Of a DNA stretch of 64,000 bases, positions 21,912 to 32,652 are shown one piece after another. The first letter of the stretch is position 1, and each line of letters begins with the position of its first letter. The notes below the pieces were generated by a model that saw only the letters and a list, made by a program, of their open reading frames with translations, ran no database searches and was not told the origin of the DNA. The stretch is taken from positions 544,001 to 608,000 of the forward strand of contig CAWBWI010000003.1 in NCBI GenBank assembly GCA_963792585.1, read 5' to 3'. Source of the DNA: Candidatus Eiseniibacteriota bacterium (GTDB taxonomy: Bacteria; Eisenbacteria; RBG-16-71-46; CAIMUX01; VGJL01). The position numbers and the translations under genes are program-made.

Positions 21912-23696
21912 CTAGTACTCCACGATGTCCGGCTTGTCCCCGAAGAACTCGATTGGGCGGAAGCGCTTCTCTCCGAACGCGGTGTAGGAGTAGGCCGCAT
22001 GATCGACCGGAAGACTCGGGTACCAGGCGAAGCGCAGTTGCACCGGCCCGATGCCAAAGGCTTCCTTGTGCAGACGGATCCCCGCCCCCAGACCACAGTA
22101 ATACTCCTGCGAGAGGATGCTCTCGCGCCCGGAGCCGATGATGTCCAGGTCCGCAAAGGTGAAAAACGCGACGGTGATCTCTCGCGGCCTCCAAGGAGTA
22201 AATGTGACGGTCTCGAGGCTGAGCTTCAGGCGTTTGTTTCCGGTCACGTCGCGGTCGTAGGCCACTCCTCGGACGCCCTCATCACCGTTGAAGTCGATGC
22301 TGTCGTCCGCAGGGCGGTGGAATCCGGTGGTGTATTCCGCGTTGATGAACTGGCGGAGTCGGTATCTTCCGGCGCGGAGGAGATTGCTGAAATAGAGGGT
22401 CCGGAGTCGAACTACTCCTTTCGCGATCGTTCCGTTTCCGGGGTTCCCGCCGATGCGCACCTCGCCGACCCCATAGCCCACTCCCTTGATCCTCCCTCCC
22501 GCCGTCAGAGCGGTGGAGGCATAAGCGCTCCGGGTGAACTCCTCGTCGGCCAGACCGTACGCGACGCGGGCCTGGTAACCATAGGGGATGTCCTCCACCC
22601 GCCCGAAGTTGTACAAGAGACGCGTCCGGTAGTACCTGTTCCGGATCAAGGCAAGACTCCCCAGAAAGTAATTCGTGTTGTGGTATTGATCAAAGGCGGT
22701 TCGCGAGACTGGGGGGCGTTTGATGAATTTGCGATGCAGAACCCGACTCGAAACGAAGAGGACTCGACTTCGATCGCCCTTCCGCTCCTTGAGCCAGGGG
22801 TGAAACGACCTTCCCGCCCAGACGTCGATCAGATCGGAGGTGTTGTCGGCCGCGGAAGAAAGCGAATCCGCGACCACGATCGAGGTCCGCCTCAGGTCCA
22901 ATCCTCCTGCGTATCCGAGGACCGAGGAGACGAGCTCGCGGGAGAGTGCGAAGGCGGTCGATCTCTCACCGGGCATCTTCACGTATCCCACCTGTCCGTC
23001 GACGAACGAGCCCCCGATGTTCTGCACGGAGTACTTCGTGTCGAATCTGGGGCTGAGCTCCGGGACAATCGTCAGCCCGCCGGAGACCTGGTGACCAAGC
23101 CCGAGAAGGTTCTGCTCGGTCAGGCTTGCCTTCAGTCCGTTTCCCTCCTTCGGGCTTACCGACAACATGAGGGTCCACGAATCCTTCACGATGACCAGGA
23201 CGTTGACGGAATCGCTCCCCGTGGGAGTCTGTCCCACGACGATCCGGGCATCCTGGATGAACGACAGCTTCCGGAGGATGCGTTCGCTGTCGGCCATCCT
23301 GAAGGGATCGACGGGATCGCCCTTCTTGAAGAGGAGGTTGCGACGGACAGTCGTCGCGCGGGTCTGGAAGTTCAGATTGTTGAGACCCCTTGCGAGGCGC
23401 GATTTCGGCGACCGGGTGGTGTCGGCGATCGACGTGCCGAATACATCGAGGTTCTTGATCCGGATGCTTCGGATGCGTTTCCCTGCGAAGGGTACGAATC
23501 TCCGCTCGCTCTGTTCCAGGGCAAGGAGGTGGTTGTTCGGTACGGGCTCGATCGAGTCCCCTTCCGCCCCCACCGCGGAAATGCTCGGGTCCGCGTGAAC
23601 GCTCTCGCAAGAAGCTGCAAGCAATAGCTGGAGTACGAGGACAATCGCCGAGCGCCGGCGCGATCCAAGCCAGCCGCGGTGGTCGTCCCGGTGCAA
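21912..23696 (-). CDS. POTRA/BamA-TamA-like outer-membrane protein
   Basis: TRATTVRRNLLFKKGD...DSERILRKL POTRA, EQNLLGLGH, GVRG and GLGAGIRL barrel motifs. Confidence 0.8.
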   Translation of the reverse strand: MHRDDHRGWLGSRRRSAIVLVLQLLLAASCESVHADPSISAVGAEGDSIEPVPNNHLLALEQSERRFVPFAGKRIRSIRIKNLDVFGTSIADTTRSPKSRLARGLNNLNFQTRATTVRRNLLFKKGDPVDPFRMADSERILRKLSFIQDARIVVGQTPTGSDSVNVLVIVKDSWTLMLSVSPKEGNGLKASLTEQNLLGLGHQVSGGLTIVPELSPRFDTKYSVQNIGGSFVDGQVGYVKMPGERSTAFALSRELVSSVLGYAGGLDLRRTSIVVADSLSSAADNTSDLIDVWAGRSFHPWLKERKGDRSRVLFVSSRVLHRKFIKRPPVSRTAFDQYHNTNYFLGSLALIRNRYYRTRLLYNFGRVEDIPYGYQARVAYGLADEEFTRSAYASTALTAGGRIKGVGYGVGEVRIGGNPGNGTIAKGVVRLRTLYFSNLLRAGRYRLRQFINAEYTTGFHRPADDSIDFNGDEGVRGVAYDRDVTGNKRLKLSLETVTFTPWRPREITVAFFTFADLDIIGSGRESILSQEYYCGLGAGIRLHKEAFGIGPVQLRFAWYPSLPVDHAAYSYTAFGEKRFRPIEFFGDKPDIVEY

Positions 23697-23777
23697 CGTA
23701 TGCTCACGGGACAGGGCAGTTGCGCTGTAGCTTCTGACGATCGCCTCCTCGCCGCGGATCGAGCGCTTGTCCTGATT

Positions 23778-24084
23778 CTACCCGTCGGACCGCCCGAATG
23801 CGCGCGGCTGCGCGAGCCGCAGCTGCGCGTTGCAGGGGATCCCCACCTGATCCGAAAACCGCCGCGTCTGGATTTCCCGCGCGGCGATCACGCGGCGGCG
23901 GACGTTTGCCGACGGCTCTCCTTCCGGATCGGAGGCAAGGGTGTCGAGGGGAACGCGCGGCACCTCGATGTGGAAGTCGATCCGATCCAGGGGCGGTCCG
24001 CTCAAGCGCGACCGGTACTGCCGCAGCCCCGTCGGTGTGCAGCGGCAGGACTTCATCGAATCGCCGAGATACCCGCACGGGCAC
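23778..24084 (-). pseudogene. comM: comM/YifB 3' fragment (copy 2) starting at CPCG
   Basis: CPCGYLGDSMKSCRC...YRSRLSGPPLDRID...VIAAREIQTRRF. Confidence 0.9.
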
Positions 24085-24094
24085 CCGTGCGGGT
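24071..24094. mobile_element. Probable serine-recombinase att junction in comM
   Basis: Perfect 10-bp inverted repeat ACCCGCACGG-gcac-CCGTGCGGGT exactly where comM homology ends. Confidence 0.65.
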
Positions 24095-24242
24095 TTCAAT
24101 CGGGGTAGGGGACGCAGAGAAGCGGTAGGTCACCGTAACTCGGGTGTCTCGTTTGTTTTCTTGTCCGATCGTGTCCACCCGAATCCCCTCTACCAGAAGT
24201 TCGACGAGCTGCCGCTGCAGAGATCGACTGACGCCGCATCCC

Positions 24243-25271
24243 ATGCTGGCGAGCTTGACCGCGTCCGTGGGCGCGGAGGTGGCCGCCGATGTGTATGGCC
24301 GAGGTGCCCTCATCACGGACTTCGAGACCGAGATTGCCCAGCTTCTGGGTAAGGAGTCCGCCGTCTTCATGCCGAGCGGAACCATGGCCCAGCAGATCGC
24401 GCTGCGCATCTGGTCCGATCGGCGCCACAGTCCCCATGTCGCCTTCCATCCGACCAGCCACCTCGAGATCCACGAGCAGAAGGGTTACCAGCTCCTGCAT
24501 GGGTTACACGGCGTCCTGGTGGGTCCGCCGGCCGGCCTGATGAGGTTGCCCGATCTCGAGGCGGTGGCGGAACCTCTCGCGGCGCTGCTACTGGAGCTGC
24601 CCCAGCGCGAAATCGGCGGATCCTTACCCGCATGGGACGATCTGACCGCGGTGATCGAATGGGCCAGGTTGCGAGGAGTCTTCTGTCACCTGGACGGCGC
24701 CCGCCTCTGGGAATGCAAACCCTTCTATCAGCGGCCGTATTCCGAGATCGCCGGACTGTTCGACTCCGTGTACGTCTCGTTCTACAAGATTCTGGGAGGG
24801 ATCGCCGGCGCGGCCCTGGCCGGTCCGGCGGACTTCATCTCCGAGGCCCGCATCTGGCAGCGCAGACATGGCGGAAACCTCGTGCAGTTGTATCCGTACG
24901 TGCTTTCCGCTCGCATGGGCTTGCGCGAACGATTGGATCGGATGGAAGCCTACCGTGACAAGGCCGTCGAGATCGCCTCGACGTTGACGAGCGTTCCCGG
25001 GATCCGGGTGACACCCGATCCCCCGCAGACCAACATGATGCACGTCTACATGAGCGGCTCCAAGGAGAGGCTGGAGACGGCCGCGCTCGAGATCTCACGA
25101 GAGATCGGGCTGTGGTTGTTTCACCCGCTACGGGCCAGCGCCGCACCTGGTCAGTTCATGTTCGAGCTGTCCGTGGGCGATGCCGCCCTCGACTTGACCG
25201 CCTCCGAGATTGCCGAGGCATTCCGCGATCTCATGCGCCGGGCCGATGATGGATCGGATGTAACTTCGTAA
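24243..25271 (+). CDS. ltaE: Low-specificity threonine aldolase (PLP), N-terminus possibly truncated
   Basis: FMPSGTMAQQIAL, HLDGARLWE and DSVYVSFYK (PLP lysine) motifs. Confidence 0.88.
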   Translation: MLASLTASVGAEVAADVYGRGALITDFETEIAQLLGKESAVFMPSGTMAQQIALRIWSDRRHSPHVAFHPTSHLEIHEQKGYQLLHGLHGVLVGPPAGLMRLPDLEAVAEPLAALLLELPQREIGGSLPAWDDLTAVIEWARLRGVFCHLDGARLWECKPFYQRPYSEIAGLFDSVYVSFYKILGGIAGAALAGPADFISEARIWQRRHGGNLVQLYPYVLSARMGLRERLDRMEAYRDKAVEIASTLTSVPGIRVTPDPPQTNMMHVYMSGSKERLETAALEISREIGLWLFHPLRASAAPGQFMFELSVGDAALDLTASEIAEAFRDLMRRADDGSDVTS

Positions 25272-25559
25272 AGCGTCCCATCCGGGCCCCGAGTAGGAAG
25301 AGGTTGTTAACCGCTCGCTCCCAGAGGACAGTGAAAGAGAGAGTTCCCTCCCCCCACGGGGGCGGTTCGAGAGGGTTCAAGGCGGTCATCAGTTTGGACT
25401 GGTCGAAGACAGAGAGTCGCCGCCTGTGCGTTCGTCGCCACCCTCTTCGCGGCGTAACCGACTCTGAGTCAGTGCGGCACCTCCCAAGCCGTTGCCGAGA
25501 GGCGTCCGGCGCATGTCGCAAGGGGCCGATTCGCCACTAGTTGGACTCGGCTGAGTTAT

Positions 25560-25697
25560 GGCACACCACGCCTCCCGATCATGCGCTTGTACACAGCTGA
25601 CCTCGATGCCCAGCTTCTGCAGTTCCCCGAGGATCCGCGAGGCACCCCAGTGCGGACTCGATTCCGATATCCGACCGATCAAACCGCGGACACGCAC
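25560..25697 (-). pseudogene. Integrase-core transposase fragment
   Basis: LIGRISESSPHWGASRILGELQKLGIEVS resembles the WGxxRIxGELxKLG transposase motif. Confidence 0.6.
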
Positions 25698-25698
25698 G

Positions 25699-28516
25699 TT
25701 ACTCCAGCACCATCACCCTGGTCACACGCACGTTGGGTCCCTGCGTGAGACGTACCAGATACAACCCGGCTGCTAGGTGCCCGGCCGCGGCAAGATTCAC
25801 CGTGTGGCGGCCCGCACCAAGCGCACCTACTTCAAGCCCCAACACCCGCCGCCCGCCGACGTCCACCAGATCGAGGCGCGCGGGGGCCGCGGTCGCCAAC
25901 GTGAACACCACCCGCAGCGATCCTCCCAGGGATGGATTCGGCCTCGCCCCCTCGAGCGCGAAGACGAGGGATCCTTCACCCGGCACGCTTGACGAGCCCA
26001 CCGGGCCGAGGACCGCGTAGCCGCCCTCGTTGTAGTTCACGTCCATCGCGGACAGCTTGTAGTAGTTGCCCGCCGGCCCGGCGTCCACGTAACTGGTGTC
26101 GCTCCGGGTGGCGATCAGGTTCTCCGGCCCCGGGACAAAGTCCGCCGTGCTGCCGCGGTACAGACGGTAGTGCCAGAGGTCCCGCTCGGAGTTCGGTCCC
26201 CAGTGCAGGCGGCTCTCGCCACCTTGGTAGTCTCCGTAGAACCGGAAAGGTGGGGCCGGAGGCAAGTTATCCACGGAATAACCGGAATCGGGCGCCGAGT
26301 CGTAGAAGACGTTCGGCGAAGCCGTAGCCGCGCTCACGAAGAAGGTGGTCCGGTGGAATCCCGATGTGTTCGAGTCGGCCAGCGTCGGCGTGACCAGGTT
26401 GTAGGCGGAATCTGCACGGGCGGACAGACTGCCCACGAAGTCCCATCCATCCACCAGGATCTCCTGCGGCTGGACGCCCTCCCCCGAAGAGGACAGGCCA
26501 TGAGGTCGCTGGGGCGGAGGCATCGCGCGTAGCGGAGGGGTCCCGTCGATCCGGCGGAACACGTCGTACTTGACGATCGGAGTCCCCGAACCAGGCTGGT
26601 CGAAGGGACTGGCCAGGAAGCGCAGGCGAACCTGGCCACCCTGGTCGCCCCCGATGTCCGTGATCCCGCTGATCGTGGGGATCGCCGTGGCCACCACGCG
26701 CTGCGTCTGCGGCGCCGAGATCCTGCCGAGGAGCTTGCCGTCGCCCTTGTAGACCGCCGTGACCGTGCGGCTGCCGAGACGCGAACTGAACAACGCCAGG
26801 CCGGCCACGCCGCTGTTGACCCGTGAGGTGCCAAGCAGCGTCGTGCCGTCGAAGAACCTGACCGAGTCGGTGGGCGCGCCATAGCCGGGAGCAGGCACTG
26901 CCACGGTGGCGGTCAGTGTGATCGGCGCGCCCAGAACCACCGGGTTCGGACTCGCGGCCAGCGAAACCTTAGTCGGCACCAGAGCGAGCAGCACCGACAC
27001 CGTGCTGAGATCGAGGCCCGCCACCGCCAGATCGGGCTTCCCGTCGCCGCTCACGTCCCCGATCGCCACCGAACGGGGACCCGGCCCGGTCGCGAAGTCG
27101 GTCTTCGCACCGAACCCGCCCGCGCCATCGCCCGAGCAGCACCGATACCGTGTTGGCAGTCGGAGTTCGCCACCGCCAGGTCGGGCTTGCCGTCACCGTT
27201 CACGTCCCCGATCGCCACCGAGCGGGGACCCGCCCCGGTCGCGAAGTCGGTCTTCGCCCCGAACCCGCCCGCGCCGTCGCCCGAGCAGCACCGAGACCGT
27301 GCTGGGAGTCGGAGTTCGCCACCGCCAGGTCGGGCTTGCCGTCGCCGTTCACATCCCCGATCGCCACCGAGTGGGGATTCGTCCCGGTCGCGAAGTCGGT
27401 CTTCGCCCCGAACCCGCCCGCGCCGTTGCCGAGCAGCACCGAGACCGTGCTGGAATTGGAGTTCGCCACCGCCAGGTCGGGCTTGCCGTCGCCGTTCAGG
27501 TCCCCGATCGCCACCGAGATGGGAACCGTCCCGGTCGCGAAGTCGGTCTTCGCCCCGAAGCCGCCCGCGCCGTTGCCGAGCAGCACCGAGACCGTGCTGG
27601 GAAGTGGAGTTCGCCACCGCCAGGTCGGGCTTGCCGTCACCGTTCAGGTCCCCGATCGCCACCGAGTCGGGGGCTCGTCCCGGTCGGCGAAGTCGGTCTT
27701 CGCCCCGAACCCGCCCGTGCCGTTGCCGAGCAGCACCGACACCGTGTTGGAGTTGAAGTTCGCCACCGCCAGGTCGGGCTTGCCGTCGCCGTTCAGGTCC
27801 CCGATCGCCACCGAAGCGGGAACCGCCCCGGTCGCGAAGTCGGTCTTCGCCCCGAACCCGCCGGCGCCGGTGCCGAGCAGCACCGAGACGGTATTCGACA
27901 TTGGCGTTCGCTACCGCCAGGTCGGGCCTTGCCGTCGCCGTTCACGTCTCCGATCGCAACCGAGTCGGGACTCGTCCCGGTCGCGAAGTCGGTCCTGGCC
28001 CCGAACCCGCCCGCACCGTTGCCTAGCAGCATCGACACCGTGTTGGCATCCCGGTTCGCCACCGCCAGGTCGGGCTTGCCGTCGCCGTTCACGTCCCAGA
28101 ATCGCGACCCCTCGGGGGTTCGTCCCGGTTGGGAAATCGGTCTTGGCCCCGAACCCGCCCGTGCCGGTCCCAAGCAGCACCGACACCGTGCTGGCACTGC
28201 TGTTCGCGACCGCCAGGTCGGGGTTGCCGTCGCCGCTCACGTCCCCGATCGCGACCACCAAGGGGGCAGCCCCTGTCGCATAGTCGAGCCTTACTCCGAC
28301 GGTGAAGTTCTGCGCCGGCGACATCTCCGGCCACGCCACCATCAGCAAGCAGCCCAAGACCATAAGCGAAGCGCTGAGAGAGCCCACCCGCCACCGGTGT
28401 CTTGTCGTGGGCGTTTGCTCGGAGCCCTGACCGCCCTGGTTGGGGGCCGGCGCCGCTGCGCGGAACCCGACCCCGCAGGTGGAGACCGATCTGGGGAAAC
28501 GAGTATTGGTGTCCAT
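25699..28516 (-). CDS. FG-GAP/VCBS repeat protein with Ig (Big_3-like) and T9SS/FlgD-like C-terminus; multiple frameshifts
   Basis: Repeated GDxNGDGKPDLAVAN...VSVLLG...GGFGAKTDFATG; C-terminal RPNPS...AAGLYLVRL. Confidence 0.85.
26985..28290 (-). repeat. About 8-9 tandem ~150-bp FG-GAP coding repeats
   Basis: Recurrent GTCGCGAAGTCGGTCTTCGCCCCGAACCCGCCC and GTTCGCCACCGCCAGGTCGGGCTTGCCGTC. Confidence 0.9.
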
Positions 28517-28689
28517 GGCATCCTCCTATGGTCCAAAGCGGGTTCCCGACGGCGCCGGCCTCTCACCGACCTGACCGCGGTCAGGTAGCTCCACATCCGG
28601 GAAGTCATTACAAGCGGGAACAAACGAGAGATTGTATAACACACCCATGGATTCGAGAAGCCTATTCTCTCTGTGGTGCTTCCACGTCT

Positions 28690-29357
28690 GGCCGTCGATC
28701 CCTGCTCCAGCGTCCCGCTTGACTGCGAAGTACGCGGCACGCAGGCGCTCGACGTCGTAGACGTGATGGAGAAGCGCGGTGAACCGCCTCTTCTTGTCCT
28801 TTCTTGCTGCCTGTCGTATCCGCTCGAGCGCGCTCGGCGCGCCGGTCCGGCTTAGTGTCCGGGGCGCGTTGCACTCGGGCGGATTCCCCCTGGTCAGCCC
28901 CTTCCCTCCACCACCTCATCCACTGTTTTTCCCTGCATCGTTCGACGGCTTTTTCGGCTTATGGGGCTATCCGACTTCCCACCACCGTTTATCATCGGCT
29001 TGTGTCTTCTGACTTCCCGATGCGGCCCGCCACTCTCATTCCCGCAGGCGGACGTGGGATCTCCCGGTTCCTGAACGAGGTGCTTGCGTGCATGCACGGG
29101 ATCTCTGACCGCGCGGGGTTCCCCTCGTCTCGCGAAAGCGACAAGCGGAGTGCGGCCTTCCGCAAACTCTCGGAGCGTCGGCACCCCGATCTACTCTCTC
29201 TCTTTCGCGGCTCATACCCGGCCTGCACGTACCCCTGTCACCGTTTCACCTGCGCCCTTGCGGACTCCGGCGCATGACTCGGGGCCGGTGTGGCTCGCTA
29301 CTTCCTTCACCGTACGGAGCTTCCATTCGCAATACCTCGCCAGTTTTGACTTGCGCC
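28690..29357 (-). mobile_element. Truncated group II intron: 5' ribozyme domains plus RT domain-0 fragment
   Basis: Minus strand CCGTACGGTGAAGGAAGTAGCGAGCCACACCGGCCCCGAGTCATGCG...GGAACCGGGAGATCCCAC...GGGAAGTCGGATAGCCCCATA; ORF piece FTALLHHVYDVERLRAAYFAVKRDAGAGIDGQTW. Confidence 0.85.
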
Positions 29358-29500
29358 GAGAATCGGAAAGTTCTCGACCGTCTACTCGGGCCGCGAAGGG
29401 AAACCATGATGTTTCCCATCGGACCCCAATCGCTCTCTCTCGAAACAGAGAATCCGAACCGCGCGGCCCGACAAGCGCAGAGCCCCGCGCCAGCGGCCAC

Positions 29501-29546
29501 TTAGCGAGAAACCCCGAGGGCTCTCTTTCTCGGGGTTCTCCGCTAA
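29501..29546. terminator. Hairpin downstream of the tRNA-Asn fragment
   Basis: TTAGCG-AGAAACCCCGAG...CTCGGGGTTCT-CCGCTAA inverted repeat. Confidence 0.55.
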
Positions 29547-29579
29547 CTGGACGGTCGCGGCAAGTCCGCGACTTTCAAA

Positions 29580-29625
29580 TGGCTCCTCACTCAAGGCTCG
29601 AACCTGCGACCATTCAGTTAACAGC
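29580..29625 (-). pseudogene. 3' half of tRNA-Asn(GTT), probable att remnant
   Basis: GCTGTTAACTGAATGGTCGCAGGTTCGAGCCTTGAGTGAGGAGCCA: GTT anticodon loop, T-loop and GAGGAG-CCA end; no D-arm upstream. Confidence 0.75.
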
Positions 29626-30118
29626 GAGAGTCCACCACCAGCGTGATCGCGAGGCAACACCCCCCGTTCTGGCCGCCCCGCCCCCAAGATCCCACGGCCA
29701 AATCTGGCCAGATCCCCCCCTTTGTCAAACCGCTGAGGCCGGTCGCCGAACCTTCACTCCTCGGGCCGAGTTGCTGGGAGATTGGGGCATCCGGACTTTC
29801 AGCTCCGCCCCCGAATGGACCCTCTGAATACCCAATTACAAACCGCACGGGCAGGGATTCATCGTCCCTCGAGCATGAACCGAGGCGTCAATCTCGGGAT
29901 GGCAGTTTGCCCCTCCCTGCATTCGCGAGCCTGAGGGGAAGGGGCGACTCGGGAGGCAGCGTCAGCCCGGCTTGCGGCACCGTAAAATCGCATAACTTAA
30001 TGGTGAACAGCATGTTACTGGCCAAGACTTCAAGTCACGCGATGACTACGTATATTCACTCAGTGATTGAGTATTCTGGTGACTCACCATTCCGATCCGG
30101 TTCAATCTCCTGCTGGAC

Positions 30119-31300
30119 ATGCAGATCGAGCGCCGAGTCGTCACGCGGATTCTCGACCGGTTGACCCAGGGACCCCGGCTGATCCAGGTCATGATCGGTC
30201 CCCGGCAGGTCGGAAAGACACCGCCGCCCTTGCCATCGGAAAGCGTTGGCGAGGGCCGGTTCGACTTGCCGCCGCCGATTTGCCCCTCCCTCCTGGGCCG
30301 GAGTGGGTCCAGAACCAGTGGGACCCCGCGCGCCGGGACGCAGCGGCCGGTCCCGTCCTGCTGATCCTCGACGAGGTGCAGAAAATCCGCGGGTGGAGCG
30401 ATGTGGTGAAGGCTTGCTGGGACGATGATCGTGCCGCAAACAGAGACATCCAGGTCCTACTCCTCGGCTCCTCGGCGATGCTCCTGGCTCGAGGCGCAAC
30501 CGAGAGCCTCGCCGGCCGCTTCTTCCTCCACCGCTGCCTGCACTGGTCGTGGCCGGAGTGTCGCGAGGCATTCGGCTGGGATCTCGATCAGTGGATCTTC
30601 TTCGGTGGGCATCCGGGGGCGGCTCCGCTGGTAGGTGACCAGCCCGCTTGGCAATCCTATGTGCTCGACTCCCTGATCGAGACGGTCCTGTCTCGCGATG
30701 TGGTAGCGATGCAGACAGTGGCGAAGCCGACGCTCCTGCGGCACCTCTTCAGTTTCGCCGCTTCCCATCCTGCACAGATCGTCTCGTACACCAAAATGCT
30801 CGGAGAGCTTCAGGATGCGGGAAATACCACTACGCTGGCACATTACCTCCGCTTACTGACATCGGCCTTTCTGATCACGGGGCTCGAATGCTTCTCCGCG
30901 GGAGAGGCGCGGACGCGCGGCTCGAGCCCGAAGCTCGTCGCCTGGAACAACGCGCTCGTCAGCGCATTTCGACTGCGGCCCTTCGCGGAGACACGGGCGG
31001 CCCACGATGTGTGGGGGGCGTCTGGTGGAGAACGCGGTGGGCGCGCACCTGCTGAATCACCTCCAGGGGCTTCCGTACGAAGTGACCTACTGGCGCCATC
31101 GCAACGACGAAGTCGACTTCGTGGTTCGCACACCGCGCGGCCTGTGGGCGATCGAGGTCAAGAGCGGACGTCCCGCGAAGGCCCCCGGAATGGGCGCGTT
31201 TCTTCGACTGCACCCGGATGCACGTCCGCAGTTGCTGGGCTCGGGCGGACTCCCTCTCGAAGAGTTCTTCTCCATGAATCCATCGGAACTGCTTGCCTGA
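30119..31300 (+). CDS. AAA_14 ATPase with DUF4143 domain; frameshifted
   Basis: GPRQVGKT, ILDEVQK, LLGSS, ESLAGRF, ENAVG, YWR..EVDFV and IEVKSG motifs; ACTCA-N5-TGAGT palindrome upstream at 30058-30072. Confidence 0.88.
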
Positions 31301-31373
31301 CCCGCGAGGGGACCGCCGGACCCGTCCGCTTGTCATGAACTCCTGCGCGAATGTCGAGCATCCGCGGCCCCTG

Positions 31374-31802
31374 CTATTTCACGCCCTCCACCGGAAACCC
31401 CTCCCCACGCGCCGCGTCCGCGAGCCGGCGATCCAGCGTCAGGAAGGGAAGCTCGTGCGGGCGATCCCTCGCCGCCGTGAGGGCGGCGGCGAGTTGGAGG
31501 GCGTCGGCCGCACGGAGCGGATGCCGGTCCAGTAGACGAACAGCCCGCTCCCGCACCGATTCGAGGGCGAGGACCTGGGCGAAGGCAGAAAACAGGCGAT
31601 CCGCGCGCGCCCGCGCCGCATCGTGTGTCCTGGACGTGAGCGCTCGATCCCGCAGCCGTCGGGCGAGGGCCGAGCGGACCTCAAGGGGGGAGAGACCCCA
31701 GACGATCACCTGAGGATCGAGCTTCAACAGCTTTCGGGCCCATGAGGACTCTCCTTCCGAGAGAATCAGGGGCACGATCGCCGAACTGTCCCAGAACCTC
31801 AA
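31374..31802 (-). CDS. vapC: PIN-domain toxin
   Basis: FWDSSAIVPL, LRAADALQLAAA and TLDRRL motifs. Confidence 0.9.
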   Translation of the reverse strand: MRFWDSSAIVPLILSEGESSWARKLLKLDPQVIVWGLSPLEVRSALARRLRDRALTSRTHDAARARADRLFSAFAQVLALESVRERAVRLLDRHPLRAADALQLAAALTAARDRPHELPFLTLDRRLADAARGEGFPVEGVK

Positions 31803-32098
31803 CGACCTGACTCCCGTTCCTCCAGCAGCGCTGCGAGCACTCTCGCGCCTTTCCCGAGAGCCGTCGGCCGGAGGATCTCGTCGGGGACCTTCCCGGAGCC
31901 AAGCGTGACGATCCCATCACGTTCAAGACCGGCAAGGCGACCATCGTCGGCACTCGGGCGACCCGAACTCGATCCGACCGGAACGATCTCGGCGACGGGA
32001 CGATTCCGGTCGAGGACGATCACCTTCCCACCCGCGCGAACGTAGTCGAGATAGCGGCTCAAGTGATCCCGAAGTTCCGTGATCCGAATGCGTTTCAT
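31799..32098 (-). CDS. Phd/YefM-family antitoxin
   Basis: MKRIRITELRDHLSRYLDYVRAGGKVIVLDRNRPVAEIVP; overlaps the toxin start. Confidence 0.88.
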   Translation of the reverse strand: MKRIRITELRDHLSRYLDYVRAGGKVIVLDRNRPVAEIVPVGSSSGRPSADDGRLAGLERDGIVTLGSGKVPDEILRPTALGKGARVLAALLEERESGR

Positions 32099-32165
32099 AA
32101 CGCCATTATGGCGTGTTTTGAAAAGAAGTTCAACTGGCCCATACGGCAGGCCCTTGCCCCGACCC

Positions 32166-32652
32166 TCATCCATCGACCCCGGCCCGATCCATCGCCCGGT
32201 ACCCGATCGCTTCGGCGATGTGCTTTTCCCCGACGGTGGTCGCCCCGTCGAGATCCGCAATCGTGCGCGCTACGCGGATGATCCGGTGGTAGGCGCGGCC
32301 CGTGAGGCCCAGCCTCTCCGCGGCCATCCTGAGCATGGCGAGTCCGCGCGGGTCGGGTCGCGCGAAGGCCCGAAGCTGCGCGAAGCGCATCTGGGCGTTG
32401 CAGTGGATCCCGACCTGATCCGCAAACCGCCGCGTCTGGACCTCCCGCGCGGCAATCGCGCGGCGACGGACGTTTGCCGACGGCTCGCCATCCACATCGG
32501 ACGCGAGGGCGTCGAGCGGCACGCGCGGCACCTCGATGTGCAGGTCGATCCGGTCGAGCAGCGGCCCGCTCAAGCGAGACCGGTAGTGTCGCAGCCGCGT
32601 CGGCGTGCATCGGCAGGACTTCATCGAGTCGCCGAGGAACCCACAAGGACAT
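32166..32652 (-). pseudogene. comM: comM/YifB 3' fragment (copy 3), CPCG to native stop
   Basis: CPCGFLGD...SGPLLDRIDLHIEV...RAYHRIIRVARTIADL...EAIGYR. Confidence 0.93.

Noticed and set aside
26985..28290. 150-bp repeats as CRISPR or DGR template/variable repeats
   Set aside because: They encode FG-GAP blades; differences do not look adenine-specific and the nearby RT is a group II intron stub
28690..28900. RT fragment as a retron or DGR reverse transcriptase
   Set aside because: It is preceded by group II intron RNA motifs and truncated before the YADD region
29580..29660. Complete tRNA-Asn
   Set aside because: The 5' acceptor strand and D-arm are missing and the T-stem is imperfect
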